From assembly GCA_951406725.2 (NCBI GenBank), contig OX597827.1:25978001-26042000 (forward strand): a stretch of DNA of 64,000 bases. The letters run 5' to 3'. This document shows, piece after piece, positions 1-11,796 of the stretch. The notes under the pieces were generated by a model. That model ran no database searches, had not been told where the DNA came from, and saw only the letters and a program-made list of their open reading frames with translations. This stretch comes from Octopus vulgaris. Lineage: Eukaryota. Made by a program: the position numbers and the translations under genes. Position 1 is the first letter of the stretch; every line of letters begins with the position of its first letter.

Positions 1-55
1 TACACACAGTCTCTGAGATTATTCTTGAATATATTGATGGGAAAAGTGCGCGCAT

Positions 56-88
<33 letters not shown>

Positions 89-220
89 TAAATGTGAGGA
101 GGGGATATGAGAGTTAAGTAACGTAGTCTTGAAATAACATACACCATTTACTCTCATCGATTGACACACCTCCTATTGGCTAAACACCAGCGTGATCATT
201 ATAGTACGATTATTATCACG

Positions 221-905
<685 letters not shown>

Positions 906-1090
906 TAGTAGTGACAGCAGTACTATTTATGCGAATTAGAAATTTCTCAACAGAATTTTTAGAATTTCCATTTTTGAAACAATATTCGTGACCACCAAAC
1001 AACGCACAAACACAAGCACGATTGCACACACGCATACACAATACATAAATGTACATAGATGCATACACAAACGTTTATATACATATATAC

Positions 1091-1127
<37 letters not shown>

Positions 1128-1162
1128 TATATAATTTCTGTATGCATCTATGTATATATATA

Positions 1163-1202
1163 TAGGCGCAGGAGTGGCTGTGTGGTAAATAGTTTGCTAA
1201 CC
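1163..1202 (+). mobile_element. SINE family A, 5' part of the tRNA head, interrupted by a 2.3-kb insertion
   Basis: AGGCGCAGGAGTGGCTGTGTGGTAAATAGTTTGCTAACC matches the heads of uninterrupted copies (19396, 51839, and 26468 on the minus strand). The SINE resumes at 3498. Confidence 0.9.
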
Positions 1203-1430
1203 TACTTCCCATGGGTCTTTGTTGTCAGTGTACGCATGCGTCATTGTGTTGTGCACTGAAGAAGATAGCCGCAGTGTTTAGCCTGCCAAAAAGAAGCTGC
1301 TGCAAGGTAGGACTTTTGTCTCTTGGGTCCAGTGGGGGTTGTTGTCTGTGGTTATAATTTTTACAAAAAATGAGTCCTCACTGGATTCAAAATGTTGGTC
1401 TGCTTGCGGTGCAGCAATACTGTTCAAATC

Positions 1431-1707
1431 AAGTGAAAAGTTTTTGTCTCATTGTGAGAAGTACAGTTTTGGTGCGTATCCTTCAACCAAAAGTTGTTCA
1501 CTTTTAATAGTGTATGTTTTTACAACAACGTTTACCATTAATTGGAAAGCTGTATTTCAAGTGTTCACATTAAGTGAAAAGTGTTTCTCATTGTGAGAAG
1601 TATAGTTTGGTGGCGTATCCTGCCACCAAAAGTCGTTCGCTGTTTTTTAAATAGTGTGTATTTGTGCAACTATGTTTACCAATAATTGGAAAGCTGTATT
1701 TCAAGTG
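1431..1707 (+). repeat. Two tandem ~135-bp monomers in the 5' UTR of copy 1
   Basis: 1431-1563 and 1572-1707 both run AAGTGAAAAG...CTCATTGTGAGAAGTA...GCGTATCC...ACCAAAAGT...AATTGGAAAGCTGTATTTCAAGTG. Confidence 0.9.
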
Positions 1708-1937
1708 GAGCATTCAAGGTTTTAAACGAAGTTCCATAGCGCTTGGAGTACCTGAATACCCAGAAGATATTTTACTGTATTTTTTTGAACTGTTGTTTTC
1801 TTCTTCTTTTGTGACTTTCTTATTGAATTGTTTGTTCTTTTTTTCTTTTTCCCTTTTCTTTCCTTTTGATTGCACTCTTTTCTTTTTGAAATTTGTGAAA
1901 TATTGTTTTGGACTTTTTTTACTTTTTGATTTAAAAC

Positions 1938-3195
1938 ATGGCAAAAAAATACGGATAAGATTGTAGAGTGGCAGATTGTCTTTAAGAGTGGCTCACACAG
2001 CAAGAGGAGAGGACGATGGTGTTGAGAACGTATTCGAAGTTGCTCGATATCAATGCCGTCTTCTCCAAGAATATAGTTGAGCAGGATTTGGCGGGACATC
2101 TGCCAACCATTAAGGATATCTCTAGGGGTGTCAAATGTGCAACGGTGTGGTTGCTGTTTGACACCCCAGGAAAGGCTCGCAGTTTTGCGAGCCAGCCCGG
2201 TGAGGGTGAAGAAATTTTGTTTCTTCCCACTTATTGTGGGAAAAAATTGACGAAGGCTTGGGTCTGCGGTTTACCACCCGGAATTGAATCCCAGTGGATA
2301 GAAGATGATATCCGTCGGGGTCTGGGTGGCAACGGAGCCAGGCTCCTTAATATGAAAATTCTTCCTGCGGCTGATTGGGTTGGGTCAAAACAGCTTTTGA
2401 CCCTGTGCACCCAATCAGCCATGAATCTGGTTATGCTAGATTTTTTGAAAATGGCCGGGTGCAGGTACTCGGATACTCTTGAGGGTCGCCCCCTCTAGGT
2501 GTCATCGGTGCCTGGAGCCTGGCCATATAAAGAAAAACTGTCCTTAGGAACAAAGCAAAGTCCTGGAGTAGTTGATTGAAACCTCTGTAGAAGAAGGAAC
2601 GAAGGCGGCCGAGGAGACGGAGGACTCCTCAAACAAGGGCCGCAAGTGGAAGAAGGTGAGCCACAATGGGTGCTCACTGAAGGACCCTAGGGATGAGGGA
2701 GGGGAGGCGAATCTCCCTAACACTGAGGAGACACACTCTCCCTGAGTTGAGAAAAAAGAGGAAGAGGAAAAGAAACAGTACATTGCCGGCAGTCGGTGAC
2801 ATAGCACCGGTATGTCCCGGAACCTTGCCGGTAGGGTTGTGCCAACGGCAGAGGAAGAGATAATGTTGGGGGGAATTGTGCCGCCAACGGTAGAATTGAC
2901 TACCTCGAACCCGGAAGGAGGGGAACCATTGGTCTTCTTCTACAGAGGCGGAGAGGTAGAAAAGGTGCTGGAAAAGCACTATAAGGGAGTACCTTTAGCC
3001 TGCACACAGGATCCCGAATGGCCTCTGCAGACAGCTGTGGTGGTCATATCGGTGTCTGTGGGGTATAGGCTGCAGGGATTCAATGAGGAATATCGCATAT
3101 GGCCGGGCGACGCCGGCTCAGATCCCGCCTTGGTCTTGAATGAGGAGTGGGGAATGGTGGAGTATACGCGCACAAGCGATGTTGGGGAGGGATAG
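1938..3195 (+). pseudogene. Decayed ORF1/Gag-like nucleic-acid-binding protein with CCHC zinc knuckle
   Basis: ATG at 1938 aligns with the copy-2 start. ORF 2016-2498 is followed, after a frameshift, by CHRCLEPGHIKKNC (CX2CX4HX4C), a K/E-rich linker, and C-terminal ORF 2812-3195. Confidence 0.75.
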
Positions 3196-3497
3196 TGACA
3201 AGAAATTGAAAAGCCTCGGTGTTATAATGTTTATTGTATAATGGTTAATGTTTATTGCATGTTATTGTGCTTAAGGGGCTTAACGCCAATTCTTAAATAG
3301 ACTATTACTCCAAAAATTGTAAAACTGAGGTAAGAGGTTTTTTTCTATGAAATAATGTTTTAAACAATCAAAAATTCGACGGCCGTTTTTTGTCTTCTCC
3401 CATTAATATCATCCTTTTCATCATTCACCTCATCAATGTCTTTCTCCCGCCCGCAAGATACTCTGTATCATGCCTTTATGGCAAAATCTTTGAAGTA

Positions 3498-3637
3498 AAG
3501 TAGTTTGCTTACCAACCACATGGTTCCGGGTTCAGTTCCACTGCGTAGCATCTTGGGCAAGTGTCTCCTACTATAGATTCGGGCCTACCAAAGCCTTGTG
3601 AGTGGGTTTGGTAGACATAAACTGAAAGAAGCCCATC

Positions 3638-3640
<3 letters not shown>
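3498..3640 (+). mobile_element. SINE family A, resumed part (B box and core)
   Basis: AAGTAGTTTGCTTACCAACCACATGGTTCCGGGTTCAGTTCC...TCTTGGGCAAGTGTC...GAAAGAAGCCC continues the head at 1163-1202. Confidence 0.9.
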
Positions 3641-3675
<35 letters not shown>

Positions 3676-3910
3676 CATATTAATAAATAAAACATATGCA
3701 TATATATATATACATATATGTACGTACCAACCTCTACATGCGAAAAGCAAATCAAATAAAATTTGAGATCTTTTCGCAGAGGGGTAAAAATGGTAAGAAA
3801 AACAGGACAGTAACGACAGTACAAAATATATGTTTTATTTATTAATATATTATATGACGGAACGCACGCATCCATTTCTAAGTAACATTGTTCTTGATAT
3901 ATCTATATCT

Positions 3911-4035
<125 letters not shown>

Positions 4036-4386
4036 TGTGTGCAGGGATGTGAATGCGAATGTGAAACCTACGGGAATGTTTCTGGCAGTATAAAATGGGA
4101 AGCTAAATATTACGTAAGATGTTATCACGATACCATGATTACATTTATTTAGAACCTTTTAAATACTCTCTCAAACAGTATTTTATAAAGGCAATCGTGA
4201 AATGTGTGACCTCGCCAAATAATGAGCTAGCAAACTTCTCTAGACACACAGTCATATATACGCACGAACAAATATATGTATATATATGTATATATATATA
4301 TGTACACATATATATATATATGCATATATAATATATACATATATATATATATATATCAATAAGATATATATGGATATATACATACC

Positions 4387-4441
<55 letters not shown>

Positions 4442-4449
4442 GCATATAT

Positions 4450-4628
4450 GTGTACTGGTTTAAAAAACGTGAACAGAATAAATAACAAGAACATTAAGAA
4501 AGCTAAAACATGGAAAATGAACTTTTGCGGGACAATGAACGAAACAAATAGAGAAACGAGACAAGCAACATAAAGAACAATCCCTTCATCAGTTGTCCCC
4601 TGTTTTATCTTCTCTACGTTTCAAAGGA
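4450..4628 (-). mobile_element. Probable PLE terminal fragment with a degenerate hammerhead, between (TA)n tracts
   Basis: Minus strand reads CTGATGA-A-GGGA...TCCC-GCAAA, with a further GAAACGTA motif upstream. (TA)n lies on both sides. Confidence 0.4.
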
Positions 4629-4629
4629 A

Positions 4630-4677
<48 letters not shown>

Positions 4678-5284
4678 CGTTTTGGGATTTGGTTTGCAAG
4701 ATTCTTTATGTGAGTGTGTTGAAGCATATCTTGCTGTGTCTAGGGGGAGTCATTTTCTTTTAGTGCCTTATTTCTTAATACACTCACCGGTTTAGTTTCC
4801 AATCATATCCTTCTTCATTTTTCCTTTTCTTCCTTTTTTATTACTTTTATTATTTAGTTACTCATATATATAATGTTTAAAATTAAAGTTTTCATGGGAG
4901 ACTTTAAAATGTAGTATCAAAATTTTGTGCTGTGGGAGTGTATGTAGTGTGCTTTGAGAGCAGGTTCCCCACTGAAAGCTACGGGGTGTGGAGGGGTCAT
5001 CTACGTTACTGCAATTTAGCCGCAGGATTTACATCAGGAATTCCTCGGTGCACGTTCAGTATATTTTAAGTAATCGATAGGGAAGCCAGAATGCGCTGGA
5101 TGCTTTATATAATTCAACCATCCTTTTGGCTGACACCTTCACTGCTCCCTAGTGGCTGCAATTCCCTTATATCAGTCCTCAATCACCAGGGAGCAGCATA
5201 GATATAAGACTAAACGATCGTCACACGAAATAAAGCTTATTGTACAATCTGCTTTCCTTAATTGTTTAACATATATATACATAC

Positions 5285-5330
<46 letters not shown>

Positions 5331-5351
5331 ATGTATATACATATACATGTA

Positions 5352-5378
5352 TGGCTGTGTAATAAGTAGCTTGCTTAC
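5352..5378 (+). mobile_element. SINE family A head fragment, broken at the same site as the copy at 1163
   Basis: TGGCTGTGTAATAAGTAGCTTGCTTAC overlaps the start of ACTTCCGG, the 5' end of element copy 2. Confidence 0.75.
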
Positions 5379-6800
5379 TTCCGGTTACCCGGAATGCAAC
5401 ACTAGTTGGTCTGGACTATTACAGTGAGAAGACGTGAGTTTTGACTCCGTGAAGAGAAAGAACAAAAAGAAAAATTGTCAATTATGGCTCGCTATAGCGA
5501 GCAAAAATTTTGTGTTCTCATCACCATAACGGTGAATTGAGAATTTTTGCGTGAAAATTCTTGGTGTGGCTCTTTTTCGCCAAATAATTTGTAAATTCTA
5601 GTGGGCGTATCTCGCTAGAAAAGTGGAATTTTTCTGAACTGGAGTACTTCAAGAATAACCCAGACTATTGGATTACCTGTTGGAGTATTATACAAAGGAT
5701 TCCCTATCTGTGCTATTTGTGAGGTTTTTCTTTTATTTTTTTCCCTTCTATTTTTTTCTTTCTTTCTAAACTTTGGTTTATTCTTTTCATTGTTTTAATT
5801 TCAGTTTCCTTTCCTTTTTTTTTATTTTGCTTTATTTTTATTCGGTATTAATTTTTTGGCGGACTGTTTTTTGAACTACTTTTGAACTGTTTTTTTGGGG
5901 GGGGGGCATGGCAGAGAAGGAACTTAAAAAGAAGAACTCTGTCTTGGGGTGGGAAATTAACCCGCCTAAGCAGTGGTTAAAAGATATGGAGGAGAGAACG
6001 ATGGTGGTTAGAACTTATTCTAAAGTTCTTGATTCCATCACCGTCTTCCCAAAACCAGTTATAGAAAATGAACTGAAAGACTATATGTCCTCTGTGAAAT
6101 ACATATCACGTGGTGTCAAACTTGCAACCGTATGGTTGCTGTTTGACAACCGGGAAAAGGCTCGCACATTTGCGAGTCAGCCTTTAGAGAGTAACTAAAT
6201 TCTGTTCCTCTGTCGTACTTAGGGAGAAAATTAATAAGAGCCTGGGTATGTGGGTTGCCCCCAGGCACCGAGGCGGGTTGGATTGAAGATACCATTCGAC
6301 GGGGAGTGGGGGATAGTGAACCCAGGCTCTTAAATGTAAGGGTATTGCCGGCGGTCGATTGGGAAGGGTCAAAAGCGATTTTGACCCTGTGAACCACATC
6401 GGCCGCAACAGATCTGTTTTTTCCAGAGTTTTTAAATGGCTGGCTGTAGGTATCCGGTGATACTTGAGGGACGTCCACCCAAGTGTCACTCGTGCCTGCA
6501 GCCAAACCACATTAAACAGAATTGCCCCCAGGACCATGAAAGATTCTGGAACAGTCACTCGATGACACCTCCCCTACCCGGTCAAATGGAGAGATGGATG
6601 TGGTTTAGGAGGCTGAAGCCTCCTCAACACAAAAAGGATTAAAAAGGCAGAAGGCGAGCAACAATAGTTGCGTACCGAACGGCCCTAAGTCTTCGAGAGG
6701 TGGGGGATAAACTCGGACAAAGTGGAAGAGCTTCACTCTCCCGAAGTCAGGAAGAAAAGAAAAAAAACAAAGAAGAACGGGTCGCGCAGGGGCGAGATGA
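5377..6800 (+). mobile_element. ORF1-type retroelement, copy 2 (divergent subfamily, 3' end not recognisable)
   Basis: Starts ACTTCCGG. The 5' UTR shares GGCGTATC and GGAGTAC...CCCAGA motifs and a T-rich tract with copy 1. The protein is homologous to copy 1, and similarity fades near 6780. Confidence 0.75.
5908..6780 (+). pseudogene. Decayed ORF1/Gag-like protein with CCHC zinc knuckle (copy 2)
   Basis: MAEKEL...RTYSK...ISRGVKLATVWLLFD...FASQP, then AWVCGLPPG in a shifted frame, then MAGCRYPVILEGRPPKCHSCLQPNHIKQNCP. Manual count gives 37/61 identities to copy 1 over MV.RTYSK-FASQP. Confidence 0.8.
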
Positions 6801-7216
6801 TGTGCTTATTGGTTTAGAGAACTCAATAAGCTAAGGGTCGCTGACAATAGTTACCCTAAATTTTAATAAGAATTGCTTCTCAAATGTGATAGCATTTTAT
6901 AAAGAAACTTTGGCAGCGTCGAATGAGTTGGTATTTAACAGGCAAGTGAGTAAATTTCGAAGGTAGCATAACTGTAAATGCGGTGGGGATTAGGTTGGGT
7001 ATTTATTCTTAGAAGGCCGGAAAATGTTGCCAGTAGTCGGCATACGTAAAAGAAGAACTGAAATAAATGGTTGAAGAACGAATATATAGTGTGTGTTTAT
7101 TTTTGATTTAGCAAACAAAAAAAAAGAAAAAAAGAAGACAATCTCGAACTATAACAATATCTGTTTCAACACGCGGTTTTACATGAGAAATCTTGCAACA
7201 CAAATTTATAAACGTG

Positions 7217-7250
<34 letters not shown>

Positions 7251-9258
7251 CGAATGAGTGGACAGACCAAAGAAAATGCCCCTCATCACATTTGTTGGAA
7301 GTTGTATGCATTACTGAAAACAGTTTAATATGGATTCCATGCTACTTCAAGTTTCGAAGGCCATAACCGAGCCTTTCTCGTCAGAATGGTAATAATCCGA
7401 ATAACTGGAGAGATGCAGGAAGTACGAGATGGCCACCGATAGATGGGCTGCGATTAGTCAAGGAAGGTCAGGTGATGTAATCGTTGGTAGTATTGCTAAC
7501 TAAGCGACAGCAGTTACATCGGAGAAAAGAGTTTCTTTGGCCCCGTGGCTGGACATAAAATTTGTTGCAACCGTTCGTCCAGCCAAGAGATTTTGTGGGG
7601 GTTTTGAGGCTACGAGCTTCGGTTCATGTTTAAGCATGTGCGCGTGTATGCATGCATGAGTGTGTATCCCTATGTGCGTGTAAACTTATGTATGTGTGTA
7701 TGTATTTGTGCGGATGTGATATACACATGTGCGTATGTATACGCGTATTTACGTGTGTGTATTTGCGCGAGTGCGTTTGTGCGTGCGTATGTGCATGTGT
7801 TTGTGTGCTTGTGCATATTATATGCCTGAGCGTGTATAATATTTGTGTGTGTGCGTGTGTGTGGAAATGAAAATAGATGGCTATGAATATTGCTGTAGTG
7901 CAGCTTAAAGCCAGCTCTGCATGAGCAGACTAGAATCGAAGATGCTTTAATCATCAAGATCCATCTTTTTTAAACAATCTTAGACGAACATCAATCCTTC
8001 GTCTTTGGCCAATATATTTAGGAGATCACATCACGTATAGAATCCCATCAAAAGCAACTGTCATTATACTTTCCACTTAGATTTCCAATTTAGGCCAATG
8101 GAGACAATGGATATTATCCAAGAGTCTTGTTCGGGACCTACACCTGGATCTCGTTCCGGTTGGTTTAGTTTCAATCATCCATTTTACGATTCCTTCCTGC
8201 GACAACCGAAATACCGGACTTCTGGCTTTTCAGTGGGGAAAAGTTGAACCTTGACCTGGAGAAAATCCCTGGTCTCCGAACTACGTAACCTGGTGAATAA
8301 CATTATCCTAGAGACGCTTTTGAGAGGACCGTGTTCTGGCCAATTACATTAGTGATCGCAAAGTTAGCCGCCTGTTAAAATTCCCGTTAGGATTTGATTT
8401 GGAAAGTTCTTGGTTGTTATTTCTAGTAGATGGGGCAACCAGATTGTGTCTCCCTTCCTGATCGGTAGGAAGGTGACAATATAGTAAGAATTTTACATTT
8501 GTCAATCAGGGGTCCATACATAAGAACAGTGTTGTAACCTGAAGTATCTCGTCATCTTGTATCATTTCCAGTGTTGAACGTTCAGACTGAGGTTTCACGC
8601 TCTACAACTTATCGAGGTGAACAAGTATATAATATGAGAATAGTACGTGCAATAGTTAAAAGACTTGCTATTTGTTATTCGGAGCTATCGCTATCACATT
8701 GAATGGCAATCTAATCGATAAAACATAAGCTTGAACGAGAAGGTCGGTATAATAGAATTAATCAATTTATCTGTTTTTATCGAAAAGCATTAACACAACT
8801 GAGAGGTAATTGCATACTTGGGAATAGGATGTAGAATAATCAATCGAACTATTTGAATTGTCTGCCAATGATATGTCCTCTGTCCATAGATAATCGATAG
8901 ATGTGTCGGAACAAATAATGAGAAGGAAAAGAAGGATGTAGTGTAGATAAATTGAGCAGAGTTTAAACAGAACAACATCTATATCAAATATAAATGTTGA
9001 TATAGGCGCATCCTTATTTGTGATGTTGATAAACGTAAAATGCAATTTGTATGTCAAATAACAAGAAAATGGATGACTGCCATTGTTGGAAACGCGCAGT
9101 AAATTTATAAGTTAGGGCCGAAATAATTTGTAAATATTTCTACGATGGATTGAAATTTTATTAAATATCTCCTTTTTCGAATGTTTATCAGATTTTGTAT
9201 TTCCGAGATATTGGTTGTGTTTCAATGTGCGAAAAAATGTAACCAAAGACTATATTCG

Positions 9259-9848
9259 TTTCTACTCTAGGCACAAGATCTGAAATTTTAGGGGAGGGGG
9301 CCAGTGGATTAGATCGACCCCAGTACTTAATTTATCGACCCCGAAAGGATGAAATGCAAAGTCTTCCTCGGCGGAATTTGAACTCAGAATATAAAGACAA
9401 ATGAAATACCGATAGGTATTTCGCCCGGCGTGCTAACGTGTCTGCCAGCTCGCCGTCTTAAATAATCTTCTCTACTCTAGGCACAAGGCCCGAAATTTTT
9501 GGGAAGGGGGCCAGTCAATTAGATCGACCCCATTATGCATCTGGTACTTAATTTATCGACTCCGAAAGGATGAAAGGCAAAGTCGACCTCGGCAGAATTT
9601 GAACCCAGAACGTAAAGACATACGAAATACGTATTTCTTTACTATCCACAAGGGGCTAAACACAGAGAGGGCAAACAAGAACAGACAAACGGATTAAATC
9701 GATTATGTCGATCCCAGTGCGTAACTGGTACTTATTTAATCGACCCCGAAAGGATGAAAGGCAAAATCGACCCCTGCGGAATTTGAACTCAGAACGTAAA
9801 GACATACGAAATACCCCTTAGCATTTCACCCGGCGTGCTAACGTTTCT
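9259..9848 (-). mobile_element. SINE family B cluster: monomer (9259-9457) plus dimer (9468-9848)
   Basis: Minus strand shows the tRNA-like head GGCGAGCTGGCAGA...GAGTTCAAATTCC and the body GCCTTTCATCCTTTCGGGGTCGAT (Meta-domain-like, from memory) three times. Confidence 0.9.
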
Positions 9849-10029
9849 CCCTCTTGAATATTTTAAATATTATTTTGATATAAACTCTACGTTGACTTTC
9901 TGTATATTGTTCACTTCCTGCTTAAATATCTTGCTGTTACTCAATGTAATGTGACCTGTCTTTTTGTTTATACACATAGGCGTCAAAAGGCTGTGTCATA
10001 AGAAGTTTACTTCCCAACCACGTGGTTCC

Positions 10030-10099
10030 GGGCATATTGCGTAGTGGTTAAGAGCACGGCTACTAACCCCAAATTCCGAGTTCGATTCCAAGCAGTGAT

Positions 10100-10131
<32 letters not shown>

Positions 10132-10133
10132 GG

Positions 10134-10170
<37 letters not shown>

Positions 10171-10190
10171 GGATAATAATAATGATGATG

Positions 10191-10231
<41 letters not shown>

Positions 10232-10420
10232 TATAATAATAATAATAACATCGAAAATACTTTAGGAATGAGAACCTAGGTTCGAAATTTCCCCAAGACA
10301 CATGATGAAGGCTGGACGGTATATCAGCCGAAACGTTGTGTTAACAACAAAGAAGATGAGGACAAATATCCGTCAAATGTAAATAATGTAAATAATTCCT
10401 CATCTCTTAAGTATAGAACT
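10030..10420 (+). mobile_element. SINE family D: tRNA head, (TAA)n tract and hammerhead-containing tail
   Basis: A box TTGCGTAGTGG, B box GAGTTCGATTCC, (TAA)n at 10103-10248, hammerhead motif at 10298-10341. Confidence 0.75.
10298..10341 (+). ncRNA. Minimal type I hammerhead ribozyme motif (C3 mutated to A)
   Basis: ACAC-ATGATGA-A-GGCTG...CAGCC-GAAAC-GTT-GTGT. Stem I is ACAC/GTGT, stem II is GGCTG/CAGCC, and stem III is the palindrome ACGT. Confidence 0.65.
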
Positions 10421-10789
10421 GTCTGGCATTTTGAGCAAGTGTCTTCTACTACAGCTACGGATCGGCCAAAGACATGCGAGCAAATTTGGTAGACAGAAAC
10501 TGAAAGAAGCCCCGCGTGTGTGTATATATGTGTGTGTGTGTGTCTATGCTTGTCCCCCACCACCACCGCTTGACAACCGGTGCTGGTCTGTTTACGTCCC
10601 CGTAACTTAGCGATTCGGTAAAAAGAAACGTACAGAATGATTACCAGACTAAAAAAAAACTGAAAGCCCTGGGGTTGATTCGTTCGACTAAAATTCTTCA
10701 AGAATGTGCTCCAGCATGGTCACAGTCTAATGACTGAAGCAAATTAAACACATTTACAAACGTATATTTATATATTTGTAAACGGTGGG

Positions 10790-11620
10790 GAAATCAAAAA
10801 TAACTGTAATCCTTGCAAAAGTATCAGCTCCTTCATCCAAACATAGTTCCCGTGGTGGAAGCGACTTCCTAACGCATGATCCCCTGAACATCCTAAATGC
10901 TTTAGCAGGGGTCCCACAATCTACATCGTTTATCTTAGCTGCAGTGACATTTTCGACAAAGTTGACCGCAGATATTAAATAATATTGAAAGAAATTACCT
11001 GACATTGGAGTTCGTGATAATCTACTGCAGTGGATTACTTGTTGCTTGGCAAACAGAACTTAATAAGCGGTCTATCGAATTTATTTAAGATTAAGGAAAC
11101 ACCATTAATGTTATCCAGTATGGTGTGTGTTAGGACCTCTTTCTGTTCAGTATTTACGTAAATGATATATGAAATGCCATCAGCCATAGCGAAAGAAAGT
11201 CTTTGTTGATGACTCTAAACTCCAGAAATCTATCAAGGGGTTGTTACTGAATAGAATAGCCAGCCTGATCTATACTTTATGATTAAAAAAACAATCATGC
11301 TGTTAAGCGAGGAAAAGTTCGAGCTCGCTTTTGTGGAAAGAGAATATACTTAACAGTTATATTCTGTTCGTTACTGCGAGCTTCTCACAGCGTTAAATAA
11401 CATCAGAAACTTGGGTCTAACTATGCAAAATTACGTAAGCTGGAGCGCACATAATTATAAAGTCGTTATGGCCCACGCAATTTACTCAGAAATTTCTAGT
11501 CCAGATATGTTTATACCATTCTTCTTCTCTTCTCTACGTTTGGTAGGTCTCACCATGAATATTGCTGCCTGCTGTGACCTCTTCAAACAAAACATGTGTA
11601 TGACTGAGTGGAGAAATGTA
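10790..11620 (+). pseudogene. Decayed CR1/Jockey-like LINE reverse transcriptase fragment
   Basis: Frameshifted translation gives IVYLSCSDIFDKVD, DIGVRDNLLQWI, VLGPL.FSIYVND, VFVDDSKL, NIRNLG and HEYCC, the usual order of RT motifs in this group. Confidence 0.75.
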
Positions 11621-11702
11621 AGAAAAAGCCATTCAACACATTTAGTTAGAGTTACATATATTGTTGCTTAAAATAGTCCGAATCGGTTTTATACGACTCA
11701 GA

Positions 11703-11796
11703 GTTTCGCAGGTTTCTTACAGAAATCTACTTCATTTAGACTCAGTTAACCGAATGAGCTTGAATGAACTAGGTTTCTGTAAAAGCCTGGGAAACG
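11703..11796. repeat. Imperfect inverted repeat (~40-bp arms)
   Basis: GTTTCGCAGGTTTCTTACAGAAATCTACTTCATTTAGACTCA pairs with TGAGCTTGAATGAACTAGGTTTCTGTAAAAGCCTGGGAAAC. Confidence 0.75.

Larger units (their letters stand above)
1203..3497 (+). mobile_element. Non-autonomous ORF1-only non-LTR retroelement (Tx1/L1-like, HAL1-type architecture), copy 1
   Basis: Flanked by a 16-bp TSD (AAATAGTTTGCTAACC 1187-1202 / AAGTAGTTTGCTTACC 3498-3513, 14/16 identical). Starts TACTTCC, has a ~735-bp 5' UTR, one decayed ORF and a ~300-bp 3' UTR. No RT or endonuclease motif is visible. Confidence 0.8.
9977..10745 (+). mobile_element. SINE family A copy interrupted by SINE family D
   Basis: Head 9977-10032 (GGCTGTGTCATAAG...CCACGTGGTTCCGGG) resumes at ~10418 (ACTGTCTGGCATTTTGAGCAAGTGTC) and runs to CTCCAGCATGG...ATGACTGAA. 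Confidence 0.85.

Noticed and set aside
7250-7620. EVVCITE as a possible APE endonuclease start (ORF2 of copy 2)
   Set aside because: A single short motif separated from copy 2 by a TA tract, with no further endonuclease or RT motifs.
9259-9848. CRISPR-like repeat/spacer pattern
   Set aside because: The repeats are long, diverged SINE bodies in a eukaryotic context, with no regular spacers or cas genes.
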